A stretch of DNA of 64,000 nucleotides from Mobula hypostoma (Eukaryota). The stretch is from NCBI RefSeq assembly GCF_963921235.1, contig NC_086097.1, positions 181,600,001-181,664,000 on the forward strand, read 5' to 3'. Made by a program: the position numbers and the translations under genes. Shown one piece after another: positions 11,044 through 24,618 of the stretch (positions are counted from its first letter, which is position 1; each line of letters begins with the position of its first letter). The notes under the pieces were generated by a model. That model saw nothing but the letters and a program-made list of their open reading frames with translations. It was not told where the DNA came from and searched no databases.

Positions 11044-13765
11044 CTCTTTTCCCCCACCAAATTTAGTCATGGCCGCATGACGTTGAGATAATTCGCAAAC
11101 CCTTCCTGCAAAACACAAAGCCCAGTCCAGGTGTAAAAGGCAGTGACATAGCTCCCCAAAACAGTAGGAGCCACACTCTGTTCCCCTGGTGCTACTTAGG
11201 CCAGCCTATCCGGTGGTCTCCTAATTCTCTGAGACCTCCGCACCCCCTCATTTAACTCTTCAGGTTCCAACACTACTGGGGATCCCTCCCCCAACCTATC
11301 ACTCGTGCCCACCTGCAACTCGGAGCCCTCTGTCCCGTGGCCAAACCCCGCCTCCTCCCCTGCAGAGTCCCGCTGTAACCCAGGCTGCCCACAGATAGCC
11401 TCCCCCCCCCAACCTCACCTGTCTGAATGGGAGAAGGGCCAGGAATCTCTTCCTCAATCAATGGGGAGTTAGCAAAAGGCAGGTCCTCATCCTCCGAATC
11501 AGTATCCCTCTCAGGGGTGGGGGTCAGCCTGACCTCGCCTGTTGGGAGCCCTTAAGTCGCCCCGCTTTTCCACAGAGTCCTCTTTCTAAGTGTTGGCTCC
11601 GAGTTGGGCTCTGGGTCCACCTGCACCTCTTGTCCCAGGGCAGCAGGTGGTTCTGGTGGAGAATCTTGACAGGCCCATTCCCCTCCACTGGTTTAAACCA
11701 GAAAACTGGTAGGTTTGGCATCTGACTCTCCACTACATAGGGCGTCAGTCCCAAAACAAAGGTCAATGGGCAACCTCGCCTCGCGACCAAACATCAGGTA
11801 ATGTGGCGAGTACCCAGTAGCTTCATTTCGTGTACAGATATAACTGTGAATCATGTTGACTGCACCTGCTCTTCTTGCTTATCTCCAGGATCCTAAGCAT
11901 GTCTAGCAAGGTCCGATTAAATATCTCGGGTTGGGGATCACCCTGTGGGTGATAGGGCGTGGTCCTCGACTTCTCGACTCCAAGCACGCCCAGTAACTCA
12001 TGGATGAGTCTGCTCTCGAAATCCCATCCCTGATCACTATGTATCTGCCTGGGAAGGCCATAATAGATTAAATACTTCTCCCATACAACACTGATTCCAC
12101 CGTAGACACCCTCTGGTCCTCAGTAGGAAAAGCCTGATCATATCTGGTATAGTGATGACTAAGACATTCACTGTGTTGCTGGCATTGGGTTCTATTGACA
12201 GGAAATCCATACACACCAGGGCCAGAGGCCCCACACTCTGCAAATGGGATAAGGGAGCTGCCTACGTAGGCAGTGTCTTCCACCGTATGCATCAAATGCA
12301 CGACTTGCAGTATTCTTCGACCTCTGACTTCATCCAGGGCCAGTAAAACTGGTCTGTGAACAATCCATAGGTCTTCTCCACTTCCAAATGTCCAGAATCA
12401 TCATGAAGTGATTTCAATGACATCCTCTGATACTTCTCGGGCAGAACCAGCTGGCAACGCCAGGGAGGGTCTGGGGGGGTGACGCAATCTGGTTCTTCAA
12501 CTCTGAGGCCATTCTAATAGTAATGGAGGCACCGCTGTGTGTGTTTCATCCTCTCCACCTGAGCCAAGTCTCCCTTTTCAACTGCCGCCCAAATGGTACC
12601 AATGCCCGAATCATCTCGCTGAGCAGCAGCCACTTCCCCAGAACTCAAATCTGGCAGCTGATATGTTTTCAGAGGAGTCAGGTTACAATAAACTTGGGGG
12701 ATGGCATCATCAGAAGCCCCCAATTGATCCACCGCTCGCCCTGCCCCTCCTTTTTCTCTGCCTTCACGCTGATGGCCAACTGACACAGGGCCTTCACCCT
12801 TGGGGCAGGAACGCTTTTCCACTCCTCGTCCCTGTCCAGTCCCCTCATGCGCCCGTCAGGACAAAGCATCAGCATCAATGTTCCTGCTTCCCGGCTGGTA
12901 CATCAGGCTGAAGTCATTGGCAGACAACGCCACCAACTACCGATGGCCTGTGGCATCCAGTTTCGCTGAGGTCAGGATATAAGTTAGGGGGTTGTTGTCC
13001 GTCTTCACCTCAAACTTGGCCCTGTAGAGATAGTCACTCAGCTTATCACCACCACCCATTTCAACGCCAGAAATTCCAACTTGTTTGTAGGATAGTTTTT
13101 CTCGGAGAGCAACAGACTCCAGCTGACAAACGCAATGGGCCTCAACCCAGAGCCCTGATCCTGATTCAGGACGCCCCCTAAACCCTGCTGGCTGGCATCC
13201 ATATGTAGTAAATAAGGCAATAGGGGGTCTGCAAAAGCCAGCACTGGCGCTTGGGTCAGCAGCTCCTTCAAGGACTGAAAGGCCTCTTCACAGTTTACAT
13301 CCCACCTCGGTCCAAAGGGCTCCGATGGGTTAAAATACTCTCCATCCCCCTGTCCTTTTCTTCCCCAAGGGAGGGTAACCGCACAAAAGATGATTCAATG
13401 GGTGACTCACTTTCACGTAGCCTTTCACGAACCTCCGATAGTAACCACAGAACCTGAGGAACAAGTGCAAAGTGCTCACAGTCTGGGGTGTTGGCCAAGT
13501 GGTAACCACCTCTATCTTAGCTGGATCCATAGCTACTCCATCTCATAAGACTATGTGCCCAACATAGCTAACAGATGTTTGGCAGAACTGGCACTTTTCC
13601 AAGGAAAGCTTTAACCCTTCAGCTTTCAGGCGGCCCAGCACCTTCAGCAGCCTCGCTTCATGTTCTTCCAAGGTGGATCCAAGTACTATGAGGTCATCCA
13701 GATACACCAATACCCCCCACAGTTTTCTCCATGACCCACTGGAAGGTTGTAGGGGCTCCTGATAT

Positions 13766-15523
13766 AGAAACATAGAAAATAGGTGCAGGAGTAGGCCATT
13801 CGGCCCTTTGAGCCTGCACCGCCATTTATTATGATCATGGCTGATCATCCAACTCAGAACCCCGCCCCAGCCTTCCCTCCATACCCCCTGACCCCTGTAG
13901 CCACAAGGGCCATATCTAACTCCCTCTTAAACATAGCCAATGAACTGGCCTCAACAGTTTCCTGTGGCAGAGAATTCCACAGATTCACCACTCTCTGTGT
14001 GAAGAAGTTTTTCCAAATCTCAGTCCAAAAAGGCTTCCCCTCTATCCTCAAACTGTGACCCCTCGTTCTGGACTTCCCCAACATCGGGAACAATCTTCCT
14101 GCATCGAGCCTGTCCAATTCCTTTAGGATCTTATATGTTTCAATCAGATCCCCCCCTCAATCTTCTAAATTCCAACGAGTACAAGCCCAGTTCATCCAGT
14201 CTTTCTTCATATGAAAGTCCTGCCATCCCAGGAATCAATCTGGTGAACCTTCTTTGTACTCCCTCTATGGCAAAGATGTCTTTCCTCAGATTAGGGGATC
14301 AAAACTGCACACAATACTCCAGGTGCGGTCTCACCAAGGCCTTGTACAACTGCAGTAGTACCTCCCTGCTCCCGTACTCGAATCCTCTTGCTATAAATGC
14401 CAGCATACCATTCGCCTTTTTCACCGCCTGCTGTACCTGCATGCCCACTTTCAATGACTGGTGTATAATGACACCCAGGTCTCATTGCACCTCCCCTTTT
14501 CCTAATCGGCCACCATTCAGATAATAATCTGTTTTCCTATTTTTGCCACCAAAGTGGATAACTTCACATTTATCCACATTAAATTGCATCTGCCATGAGT
14601 TTGCCCACTCACCCAACCTATCCAAGTCACCCTGCATCCTCTTAGCATCCTCCTCACAGCTAACACTGCCGCCCAGCTTCGTGTCATCCACAAACTTGGA
14701 GATGCTGCATTTAATTCCCTCATCCAAGTCATTAATATATATTGTAAACAACTGGGGTCCCAGCACTGAGCCTTGCGGTACCCCACTAGTCACTGCCTGC
14801 CATTCTGAAAAGGTCCTGTTTATTCCCACTCTTTGCTTCCTGTCTGCTAACCAATTCTCTATCCACATCAATACCGTGTGCTTTAAGTTTCACACTAATC
14901 TCTTGTGTGGGACCTTGTCAAAAGCCTTTTGAAAATCCAAATATACCACATCCACTGGTTCTCCCCTATCCACTCTACTAGTTACATCCTCAAAAAATTC
15001 TATGAGATTCGTCAGACATGATTTTCCTTTCACAAATCCATGCTGACTTTGTCCGATGATTTCACCGCTTTCCAAATGTGCTGTTATCACATCCTTGATA
15101 ACTGACTCCAGCAGTTTCCCCACCACCGACGTTAGGCTAACCGGTCTATAATTCCCCGGTTTCTCTCTCCCTCCTTTTTTAAAAAGTGGGGTTACATTAG
15201 CCACCCTCCAATCCTCAGGAACTAGTCCAGAATCTAACGAGTTTTGAAAAATTATCACTAATGCATCCACTATTTCTTGGGCTACTTCCTTAAGCATTCT
15301 AGGATGCAGACCATCTGGCCCTGGGGATTTATCTGCCTTCAATCCCTTCAATTTACCTAACACCACTTCCCTACTAATATGTATTTCACTCAGTTCCTCC
15401 ATCTCACTGGACCCTCTGTCCCTTACTATTTCTGGAAGATTATTTATGTCCTCCTTAGTGAAGACAGAACCAAAGTAATTATTCAATTGGTCTGCCATGT
15501 CCTTGCTCCCCATAATCAATTCA
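13766..15523 (-). mobile_element. Young 5'-truncated CR1 LINE inserted in the Gypsy RT
   Basis: Long RT ORFs (14890-15519, 14482-14871; [18 protein letters not shown]), TTCTATG tail; ATAT TSD at 13762-13765 and 15524-15527; removing it restores Gypsy MPQDISGAP. Confidence 0.93.
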
Positions 15524-16829
15524 ATATGTCCTGGGGCATCCTTTCAAACTGGAAGAATCCCAGGGGACATATAAATGCCGATTTCTCTTTGTCAGCCTCC
15601 CTCATGGGGATCTGGTAATATCCACTTCTCAAGTCCAGCACACTGAATCACTTCGCACCACTCAGACAGGCCAGCGCATCTTCGATCCTTGGGACCATAT
15701 ACTGGTCAGGGACAGTATGCCTGTTCAGAGTCTGTAGTCCACACACATCTGTACCTTCCCATTCTTCTTCTGTGGGGACACATTATGGGTTCAGGACTCA
15801 GTGATGATCCCAGCTTCCTACCATTTGCACAAATGTTGCCACACGTCTTCCATGTCTGCAGGGGCCTATCGCCACGACCTCTTTCTAAACGGGGTGTCCT
15901 CAGTCACCCGGATAGTGTGATGAGTGCTCTTGGAACAACTCACATCAGTGGAAAAGACACCTTCCAGCTTCAACATCTTCTCTACCAACCTCCTTTTCTA
16001 TCTACACTGCAGGCACTGGGGAGTCCCTCAAGTTGAATGACTCAGTCCTTTTTCCAGTTGTTTCTCCCTAGCTTGTCTCACAGGGACACTGGACATTCCC
16101 ATCACCGGGAACAGGTGCGCCAGGGGCATCCCCCACTTGAAGGTGACCTCCCTCTTTATAGTGTTCCTGACATTCATTGCCATTACCATTGCCTGTACAA
16201 CCGAGAGCTTCTGCAGCTCAGGCCTCACCAGTACCTCAGCAGGAAATCCCGACTCTCCCTCAAGGTCTTTCGGAGCAACCACTAAGAGGGCCTTGTCCTC
16301 AGGCACTCCAGGAAATTTGAGGGTCCCCATCATTCTTGCCACCTCCCCGGGCCGGACCACCAGTGGCTTCGACTGAGTGAACCACACAGTCCCTCATTTA
16401 AAGTCGGTATTGGGCCCAATGAGCCACAGTCTTCCTCCAAAGCAGCTCGAAACTGCGGGTGCACCGACAATGCTCCCAGAAAGCTCTCGCCAGCCTTCTC
16501 CTTGCAGGCCCCCATAAGCCTCTTCACAAGAGGGGTACTGGTTCCCACCAGAATTGAAATGCCGCCCTTCTCAACGGGGTCTGGACAAACTTGTATTAAT
16601 GTATGAAGGACCTCAGACACTCCCACATCGGCCTCCGAGAACTCTTCACTGAAGAACGGGGACTAATTAAACTTTCCAAATCCGACCTCTCTTTCCCCTC
16701 ACTCCTCAGAAACGATAGAACTCTGCCTTTGAAGTGCCCACCCCCAACTACATCCATACCAGCACAGATTTAAACACACAACCTACTGGTTCAATGCTCA
16801 GGGCAATCACACAGCAGCCAACAGAATCA

Positions 16830-16847
16830 ATCCCGGATGAGCCCCCA
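16830..16847 (-). promoter_or_regulatory. Primer-binding site, tRNA-Pro type
   Basis: - strand TGGGGGCTCATCCGGGAT, one mismatch to the canonical tRNA-Pro site TGGGGGCTCGTCCGGGAT. Confidence 0.88.
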
Positions 16848-16851
16848 CAAT

Positions 16852-17347
16852 TGCAAGCCTCAGAAATCTCAGTTGTGTGGATCTACGTGATGTGTTGCCC
16901 GGTTACAAATCCACACCGGGAAATATCCGACAGTATACCATATGCAATTAAATGATTGAATTTTATAAATCTTAATCTGGATAGAGGGTTAGTAAAGAAA
17001 ATAAGAAGTAAAAGGGCCCATTTTAAGGGAAAAGTCAAAAGTGCACATTGGAGCTCACTGCTACAGCCATTCATCGACCATCAACCTCCTCCAAGTGTCG
17101 CTGAACTTTGGACTCTCGCTCCCAGCACTCTGTCCAGAGGTCTCCCAGCTCTCTCCACACGCATCTTCCTTCTCTCGCCAACAAAAGACCGTGAAAATCT
17201 CTCTTCCAGACTCGCAAGAAAGAACAACATTTCTCCCATTGGATAACATACATTCCAAAGCCCCATTATCTCTAGTCATAACCCAAACTTTGGTGCTACA
17301 GAGAAACCATTACATTAGCAGTGAAACATTGCAGAGGGGCCATTACA
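16852..17347 (-). repeat. 5' LTR of the Gypsy element
   Basis: TGTAATGGCCCC...TGCA termini on the - strand; primer-binding site follows within a few bases. Confidence 0.9.
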
Positions 17348-17950
17348 ATAGGAACAGAAATCTATGGTTCTTGGTCTTGAATGAACCCTGTGCCTGATAT
17401 CCCACAGCCTCTAACTGGAACTTCCTGAGGATTCTTTGTCCTTTGCATGAAGAACTTTCTATTCACCCAAGTCCTAAATGGGCTAACCTTTATGCCGGAA
17501 AAGGGTAGGTTATGCTGGCTCTGGATCCCACAGAGGTTACACAGAGTCAGTCACACAGCATAGAAACACCATATCAGACAACAACTCATTTATATTAAAT
17601 CCAATTAGTAGTACAGCGTTGGGATTCAAGTCCTTGTCCAGATACTTGTCCAAGTCTCTGCCTCTACGACCTCCTCAGAAAGTGGGTTTGAGATTCCAAA
17701 TCCCCAAATGGGTGAAAACATTCTTTTGTTCTCCCCTTACACCTCATTTTTAAACTTAAACCCTTTAGTTTTAGACATCTGTTTTGTAGAAATTTCTCAC
17801 TGCCCACCTAATCTCTGCCTCAGCATGTTGTACACTTCTCTGTTTTCTCCACTCCACAGAAAACATACAATCTCTCCTCGTTTCTAAAACACTCTATCCC
17901 AGGCAACACCCTGGTGAACCTTTCCACATCCTTTCCATTGTCTGGCAACC

Positions 17951-18270
17951 AGTAAGTAAAGGCATCCGTTAGTTTTGCGAGACCATGGATCTGCACCTGG
18001 AAAGTCTTCACTCTCCAGGTCGCAGGCCTGGGCAAGGTTGTATGGAAGACCAGCAGTTGCACATGCTGCAAGTCTCCCCTCTTCACAACACCAATGTTGT
18101 CCAAGGGAAGGGCATTAGGACCCATACAGCTTGGCACCAGTGTCGTTGCAGAGCAATGTGTGATTAAGTGCCTTGCTCAAGGACACAACCCGCTGCCTCA
18201 GCTGGGGCTCGAACTCATGACTTTCAGGTCGCTAGTCCAATGCCTTAACCACTTGGCCACATGCCCACAC
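17951..18270 (-). mobile_element. tRNA-derived CORE-type SINE
   Basis: - strand A box TGGCCAAGTGG, B box GAGTTCGAGCC, CORE-like GTGTCCTTGAGCAAGGCACTTAA, short TTAC-type tail. Confidence 0.8.
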
Positions 18271-18374
18271 AGTACAATCATAATATTCCTGCTGTCTCCT
18301 AACCAGTGTTTTCTATAGTTGTACATCATTTCCTACACTTGTATTCAGTGCCCCAGGTTATATAACTAAGCAAA

Positions 18375-18950
18375 GTCCACTGCCAAGAAGGCCCACCAGT
18401 GCCTTTACTTCCTAAGAAGACTAAAGAAATTTGGCCTGTCCCCTAAAACCCTCACTAATTTTTATAGATGCAGCGTAGAAAGCATTCTTCTAGGGTGCAT
18501 CACAACCTGGTATGGAAGTTGTCCTGTCCGAGACCAGAAGAAGCTGCAGAAGATCGTGAACACAGCCCAGCATATCACACAAACCAACCTTCCGTCCCTG
18601 GACTCACTTTACACCGCACGCTGTCGGAGCAGTGCTGCCAGGATAATCAAGGACACGACCCACCCAGCCAACACACTTTTCATCCCCCTTCCCTCCGGGA
18701 GAAGGCTCAGGAGCTTGAAGACTCGTACGGCCAGATTTGGGAACAGCTTCTTTAATTGTGATAAAACTGCTGAATGGATCCTGACTTGGATCTGGGCCGT
18801 ACCCTGCAAATATCCGGACCTGCCTTTTTTTGCACTACCTTACTTCCCATTTTTCTATTTTCTATTTATGATTTATAATTTAAATTTTAAATATTTACTA
18901 TCGATTTGTAATCCAGGGAGCAGGAAGCACAGAATCAAATATCGCTGTAA
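18375..18950 (+). mobile_element. Rex1/Babar LINE 3' fragment
   Basis: FYRCSVESILLGCITTWYG, RIIKDTTHPANTLF.PLPSGRR and RFGNSFF motifs. Confidence 0.88.
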
Positions 18951-18959
18951 TATATAAAT

Positions 18960-21595
18960 ATAACTCCACAAAGTATGGTCTGACCAATGCCTTATAAAGC
19001 CTCAGCATTACATCCTCGTTTTTATTTTTCAGTCCTCTCAAAATGAATGCAAACATTGCATTTACCTTCCTTACAACCGACTCAGCCTGCAAGTTAACCT
19101 TTAGGAAATCCTGCACAAGGACTCCCAAGTCCCTTTGCACTTCAGACTTTCGAATATTCTTCCCATTTCGAAAATATCTACACTTTTATTCTTTCTACAA
19201 AAGTGCATGGTCATATACCTTCCCTACACTGTATTCCATCTGCCACTTCTTTGCCCATTCTGCCAAGAAGTCCATCTGCAGACCTCCAGCCTCCTCTCCA
19301 TCCACCTATATTCATATCATCCACAAACTTAGCTACAAAACCATCAATTCTGTCATTCAAATCATTGAGATATAACGTGAAAAGCAGTCCCAACACCTGC
19401 GAAACACCACTAATCACCAGCGACCGAACAGAAAAGGAATCCTTTATTCCCATTTGTCAGTCAACAAATCTACTATCGATCTTTCCTTCCATATGTGCTC
19501 TTATCTTGTTAAGCAGCCTCATGTTAAGTGGCACCTGTCAAAGGCCTTCTGAAAATCCAAGTACACAACATCCACCTATTCTCCTTTGTCTATCTTGCTT
19601 GTAATTTCCTCAAAAATTCCAACTGGTTTGTCAGGCAAGATTTTCCCTCAAGGAAAACATGCTGATGTTGGCCTATTTTATCATGTGGGTCCAAGTACCC
19701 CGAGACCTCATCTTCAACATCTTCCCAATCACTGAAGTCAGGCTAACTGGCCTATAAGTTCTTTTCTTCTGCTGCTCTCCCTTCATAAAGAGAGGTGTGA
19801 CATTTGCAATTTTCCATTCTTCTGGAACCATTCCAGAATCTAGTGATTCTTGAAAAATCAAAACTGATGACTTCACATTCAGCTACCTTGTTCAGAACCC
19901 TGGGGTGTAGTTCATCTGGTCCAGGTGACCTATCCACCTTCAAGGCTTTCAGCTGCGCAAGCACCTTCTCCTAATGTTGTTGTTCATCCTTCGTAGTCGA
20001 AGATGACCATGGCTTCAAAGTCAAATGGGAGATTGGTAGCTGTGGGTCCGGAGGTGACTGATGAGGCCAATCCGGGCCCTGAAGGCTCGCCCACTTGTGG
20101 GCACAAGCGGGTGGGTGCTGTCGTGGCAGTGGATGCTGCTCGGGCCTTGCGCACAGCACGCTCTCGTTGCGCCTCGATGATGCGCCTGACTTCAGCTGCA
20201 CGGTCTCCTGTGGTGATCTTGCTGCGCCAAGCTGGACGGTCGAGGGCAAGCGTCTCCCACGTGTTGATGTCGACACCCAGGCCTTTGAGGGACGCTTTAA
20301 GGCAGTCTTTGTAAAGTTTCTTCTGTCCCCCGACTGAGCGCTTGCCCTGACACAGTTCTCGGTACGGCAGCTGCTTAGGCAATCGGCTGTCTGGCATTCT
20401 GACCACATGTCCAGCCCACCTCGCTCGGGCTTTCAGCAGGAGGGTGTAGACGCTCTAGAGCCCAGCTCGTTCCAGGATTTCTGTGTCGGGGACTTTGTCC
20501 TGCCACCTGATGTGGAGGAGTCTGCGGAGACAGCTCAGGTGCAAGTGGTTGAGCTGTTTGGCGTGTCTGCTGTAGACAGTCCAGGTCTCGCTGGCGTAAA
20601 GGAGGGTGGTAAGGACCTCTGCACTGTAGACCTTCAGCTTGGTGGTAAGGCTGAGTCCTCTCCGCTCCCAGACGTTCTCACGGAGTCTCCCAAAGGCGGC
20701 GCTGGCTTTAGCAATCCTGTTGTTGACCTCAGTGTCTATGTTCACTACGCGAGAGAGTATGCTGCCCAGGTAGGTGAAGTTGTCGACTGCCTGGAGGTTC
20801 TGGCCCTTCACCGTGATGTGCGGCTCCTGGTATGGCTTTCCTGGGGCAGGCTGGTAATAACTTCGGTCTTTTTGGTGCTGATAGTGAGACCGAAGTTGTC
20901 GCAGGCTTGTGAGAAGCAATCCATTTCACGCTGCATCTCCTGCTCTGTGCTGGCGTTGAGTGCGCAGTCATCAGCAAACAAGAAGTTTCTGATGACAGTC
21001 TCTCGCACCTTTGTAACTGCCTGCAGGCGCCTAAGGTTGAACAACCTGCCGTCAGTCCTGTACCTGACGTGGATTCCTTCTTCGTAGTTATGGAAGGCAT
21101 CTGTCAGCATGGCAGAGAATACCATACTGAACAGAGTCGGGGCACCATCAACACTCTTCTGCCCCCTACACTTCTAAATTTCTAGCATACTGTAGGTTTT
21201 CCACATTGAAGACTGACACAAAATATTCATTCAGTTCATCCTCTATTTTTTTAATCCATTACTATCGCTACAGTGTTACTTTCCAGTGTTCTGATATCCC
21301 CTCATTTCTCTTTGACACTATATATCTGAAAAGAAAATATATTTGGCATCCTCTTTTATATTATTGGCTAGCTTACCTTCATATTGCATATCTTTTCTGC
21401 TTACGACTTTTTTAGTTGCCTTCTGTTGGTTTTTAAAAGCTTCCCTATCTTTTAAATTCCCACAGTTTTTTTTTCTTTTATGCTGAATTTGATTTCCCTT
21501 GTCAACTATGGTTGAGTCATTCTTCTTTTACAATATTTTTCATCTTTGGGATCTATCTATCCTGCACCTTCCAAAATGCTCCTGGAAACTACAGT
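18960..21595 (-). mobile_element. Degraded CR1 LINE, interrupted by an RTE insertion
   Basis: RSPGPDELHPRVL, WKIANVTPLF and LYKALVRP motifs to the left of the RTE; CR1-like ORF2 DNA continues to its right. Confidence 0.8.
19975..21148 (-). mobile_element. RTE-clade (BovB-like) LINE 3' portion
   Basis: YRTDGRLFNLRRL, LFADDCAL, TKLKVY...LLYASETW and RMPDSRLPKQL motifs; (CAA)n-like tail; visibly GC- and CpG-rich. Confidence 0.9.
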
Positions 21596-22706
21596 CATGG
21601 TACATATTTTCCACAATGACATAGGTGGGGAAAGTGAAAGGTCCTGAAGAGAGAAATTAGAGAGTTTGGTAGAAAGCTGAAAAGCAGTACCTCCAGGGTA
21701 GCAGTCTCTGGATTGTTGCTTGTGCCACACACCAGTGAGGATAGGAATGGGATGATTTGGCAGATGAATGTGTGGCTGAGAAACTGGTGCAGGGACTTTT
21801 CTGGAGCATTGACATCTCTTCTGGGGAAGGTGTGACTACTACAAAAGAGACAGGTTACATTTGGACCCGAGTGAGACTTGGGCAGGTTTGCTAGAACTGT
21901 TGGGGAGGGCTTAAACTAATTTGGCAGGGGAATTGGAATCAGAGTGATAGGGTTGTGGCTTGTAAGCAGAGGCAGTGTAGTGAGCCCGTTGGGAAGGACA
22001 GGCAGGTAATAGGGCAAAATTGGAGTTGGTGGGATGAGTCGCAGTGTAAAAAGGGAACAACTCAAAAAGGGTGAGAGGTATGGAGCTGAAGGTGCTATAT
22101 TTGAAATCAAATCCTTAGAAAGAGGTCACAGATGACGGAAGGTGTAGAATCATAATGGGTAGAGACAAGAAATTGCAAGGGTAAAAAGATCCAGGTGTGA
22201 GTTTCATATACAAGTTTCCAAACAGTAGGATGTGAGGCTACAAATTACAACAGGAGATAGAAAAGGCATGTCAAAAGGGCAATGTTACAATAGTCTTGGG
22301 GGATTTTCAATATGCAGGTAGAATGAAAAAGATCAGGTTGGTGTTGGATCCCAAGAGAGAAAATTTGTAGAATGCCTTCAAGATGGACTTGTGGTTAAGC
22401 CCATTAGGATCAGCTATTCAGGTTTTGGTGTAGTGTAATGAAACAGAGGTTAAGGTAAAGGAACCCTTTGGAGGGAATGATCATAATATGATAGAATTCA
22501 CCCAGCAATTTGAGATTGAGAAGCTAAAGAAAAATGTATCAGTATTGCAGTGCAGTAAAGGGAATTACAGAGGTGTAAGGGGGGATCTGGCCAAAGCTGA
22601 TTTGGAGGGAACACTGGTAGGGATGATGGCAGAGCAGCAATAGCTGGAGTTTCTGGGAGCAGTACAGAAGGTGCAGGATAGATACATCCCAAAGAAAAAG
22701 TGGTAT

Positions 22707-23944
22707 TCAGAATCAGGTCTATTATCACCGGCATGTGACATGAAATGTGTTAACTTATCAGCAGCAGTTCAATGAATACATAATATAGAAGAGAGAGAGA
22801 AAAAAAATAATAATAGATAAAATAAAAATAAGAAAATCAATGACAATATATGTATATTGAATAGATTTTTAAAAGTGCAAAAAACAAAAATACTGTATAT
22901 TTTAAAAAGTGAGGTAGTGTCCAAGGATTCAATATCCATTTAGGAATTGGATGGCATAGGGGAAGAAGCTGTTCCTGAATCACTGAGTGTGTGGCTTCAG
23001 GCTTCTGTACCTCCTACCTGATGGTAACAGTGAGAAAAGGGCATGCCCTGGGTGCTGGAGGCCCTTAATAATGGACACTGCCTTTTTGAGACACCACTCC
23101 ATGATGATGTCCTGGGTACTTTGTAGGCTAGTACCCACGATGGAGCTGACTGGATTTACAACCCTCTGCAGTTTCTTTTGGTCCTGTGCAGTAGCCCCTC
23201 CCCCCCCCCATTACCAGGCAGTGATGCAGCCTGTCAGAATGCTCTCCACAGTATATCTATAGAAGTTTTTGAGTGTATTTGTTGACATGCCAAATCACTT
23301 CAAACTCCTAATGAAGTATAGCTGCTGTCTTGCCTTCTTTATAACTACATTGATATGTTGGGACCAGGTTAGATCCTCAGAGATCTTGACACCCAGGAAC
23401 TTGAAACTGCTCACTCTCTCCACTTCTGATCCCTCCATGAGGATTGGTATGTGCTCCTTCATCTTACCCTTCCTGAACTCCACAATCAGCTTTGTTGTCT
23501 CACTGACGTTGAGTGCCAAGTTGTTGCTGCGACACCACTCCACTAGTTGACATATCTCTCTTCTGTACGCCCTCTCATCACCACCTGAGATACTACCAAC
23601 AATTGTTGCATCATCAGCAAATTTGTAGATGGTATTTGAGCCATGCCTAGCCACAGAGTCATGTGTATATAGAAAGTAGAGCAGTGGGCTAAGCACACAG
23701 TCTGAGGTCCACTGGTGTTGATTGTCAGCGAGGAGGAGATGTTATCACCAATCTGCACAGATTGTGGTCTTCTGGTTAGGAAGTCGAGGATCCAATTGCA
23801 GAGGGAGGTACAGAGGCCCAGGTTCTGCAACTTCTCAATCAGGATTGTGGGAATGATGGTATTAAATGCTAAGCTACAGTCGACATAGCCTGACACAGGT
23901 GTTAGTGTTGTCCAGGTGGTCTAAAGCCGTGTGGAGAGCCATTG
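22707..23944 (-). mobile_element. Rex1/Babar LINE 3' half
   Basis: [34 protein letters not shown] and FKFLGV.ISEDLTW motifs; ATAAAC-like signal and CTGATT tail. Confidence 0.9.
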
Positions 23945-24618
23945 ACACAAAGGGAGGATGACACAACCGTGACTGAAAATGAAGTCAAAGGCAACATAAA
24001 AGCAAAAGAGAGAGCATATATTCAAACAAAAATTAGTGGGAAATTAGAGGATTGGGAATTGTTAAAAACCAACAGAAGGCAACTAAAAAATCCAGAAGGG
24101 AAGAAAAGAAAAAAATGAGGGTAAGCTAGCCAAAAATATCAAAGAGGATACCTGAAGTTTTTTCCAGAGATATTAAGAGTAAAAGAAGTCAAGAATAGAT
24201 AATGGACCGCTGGAAAATGATGCTGGAGTAGTAGTAATGGGGGAGAAGGAAATATTGGGTGCACTGAATAAGTATTTTGCATCAGTCTTCACTGTGGAAG
24301 ACAGTAGCAGTATGCCAGATGTTTGAGTGTCAGAGGACAGAAGTGAGCGCAGTTGCTATTACTGGGGAGAAGGTACTTGGGAAACTGTACTACACCCCAG
24401 GATTCTGTTAGAGGTGGCTGAAGAGATTGTGGAGGCATTAGTAATTAGTCACTAGATTCTGAAATGGTTTCAAAGGACTGGAAGATTGCAAATGTCACTT
24501 CACTCTTTAAGAAGGGAGGGAGGTAGAAGAAAGGAAATTATAGGCCATTTATTCTGACCTCAGTGGTTGGGAGGATGTTGGAGTTGATTGTTAAGGATGT
24601 AGTTTCTGGTGCTTGGAG

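Larger units (their letters stand above)
10556..17347 (-). mobile_element. Decayed Gypsy LTR retrotransposon (two ~490-bp LTRs, pol remnants, gag largely deleted)
   Basis: Direct repeats at ~10556-11043 and ~16852-17347; RT YLDDLIV, RNase H DASQQGLGGVL...EKNYPTNKLEFLALKW and integrase MDFLSIEP on the - strand. Confidence 0.93.

Noticed and set aside
18205..18270. tRNA-like sequence
   Set aside because: It is a SINE head continuing into a CORE-like domain; no proper acceptor stem.
20407..21087. 226-aa + strand ORF
   Set aside because: Antisense shadow of the GC-rich RTE coding sequence.
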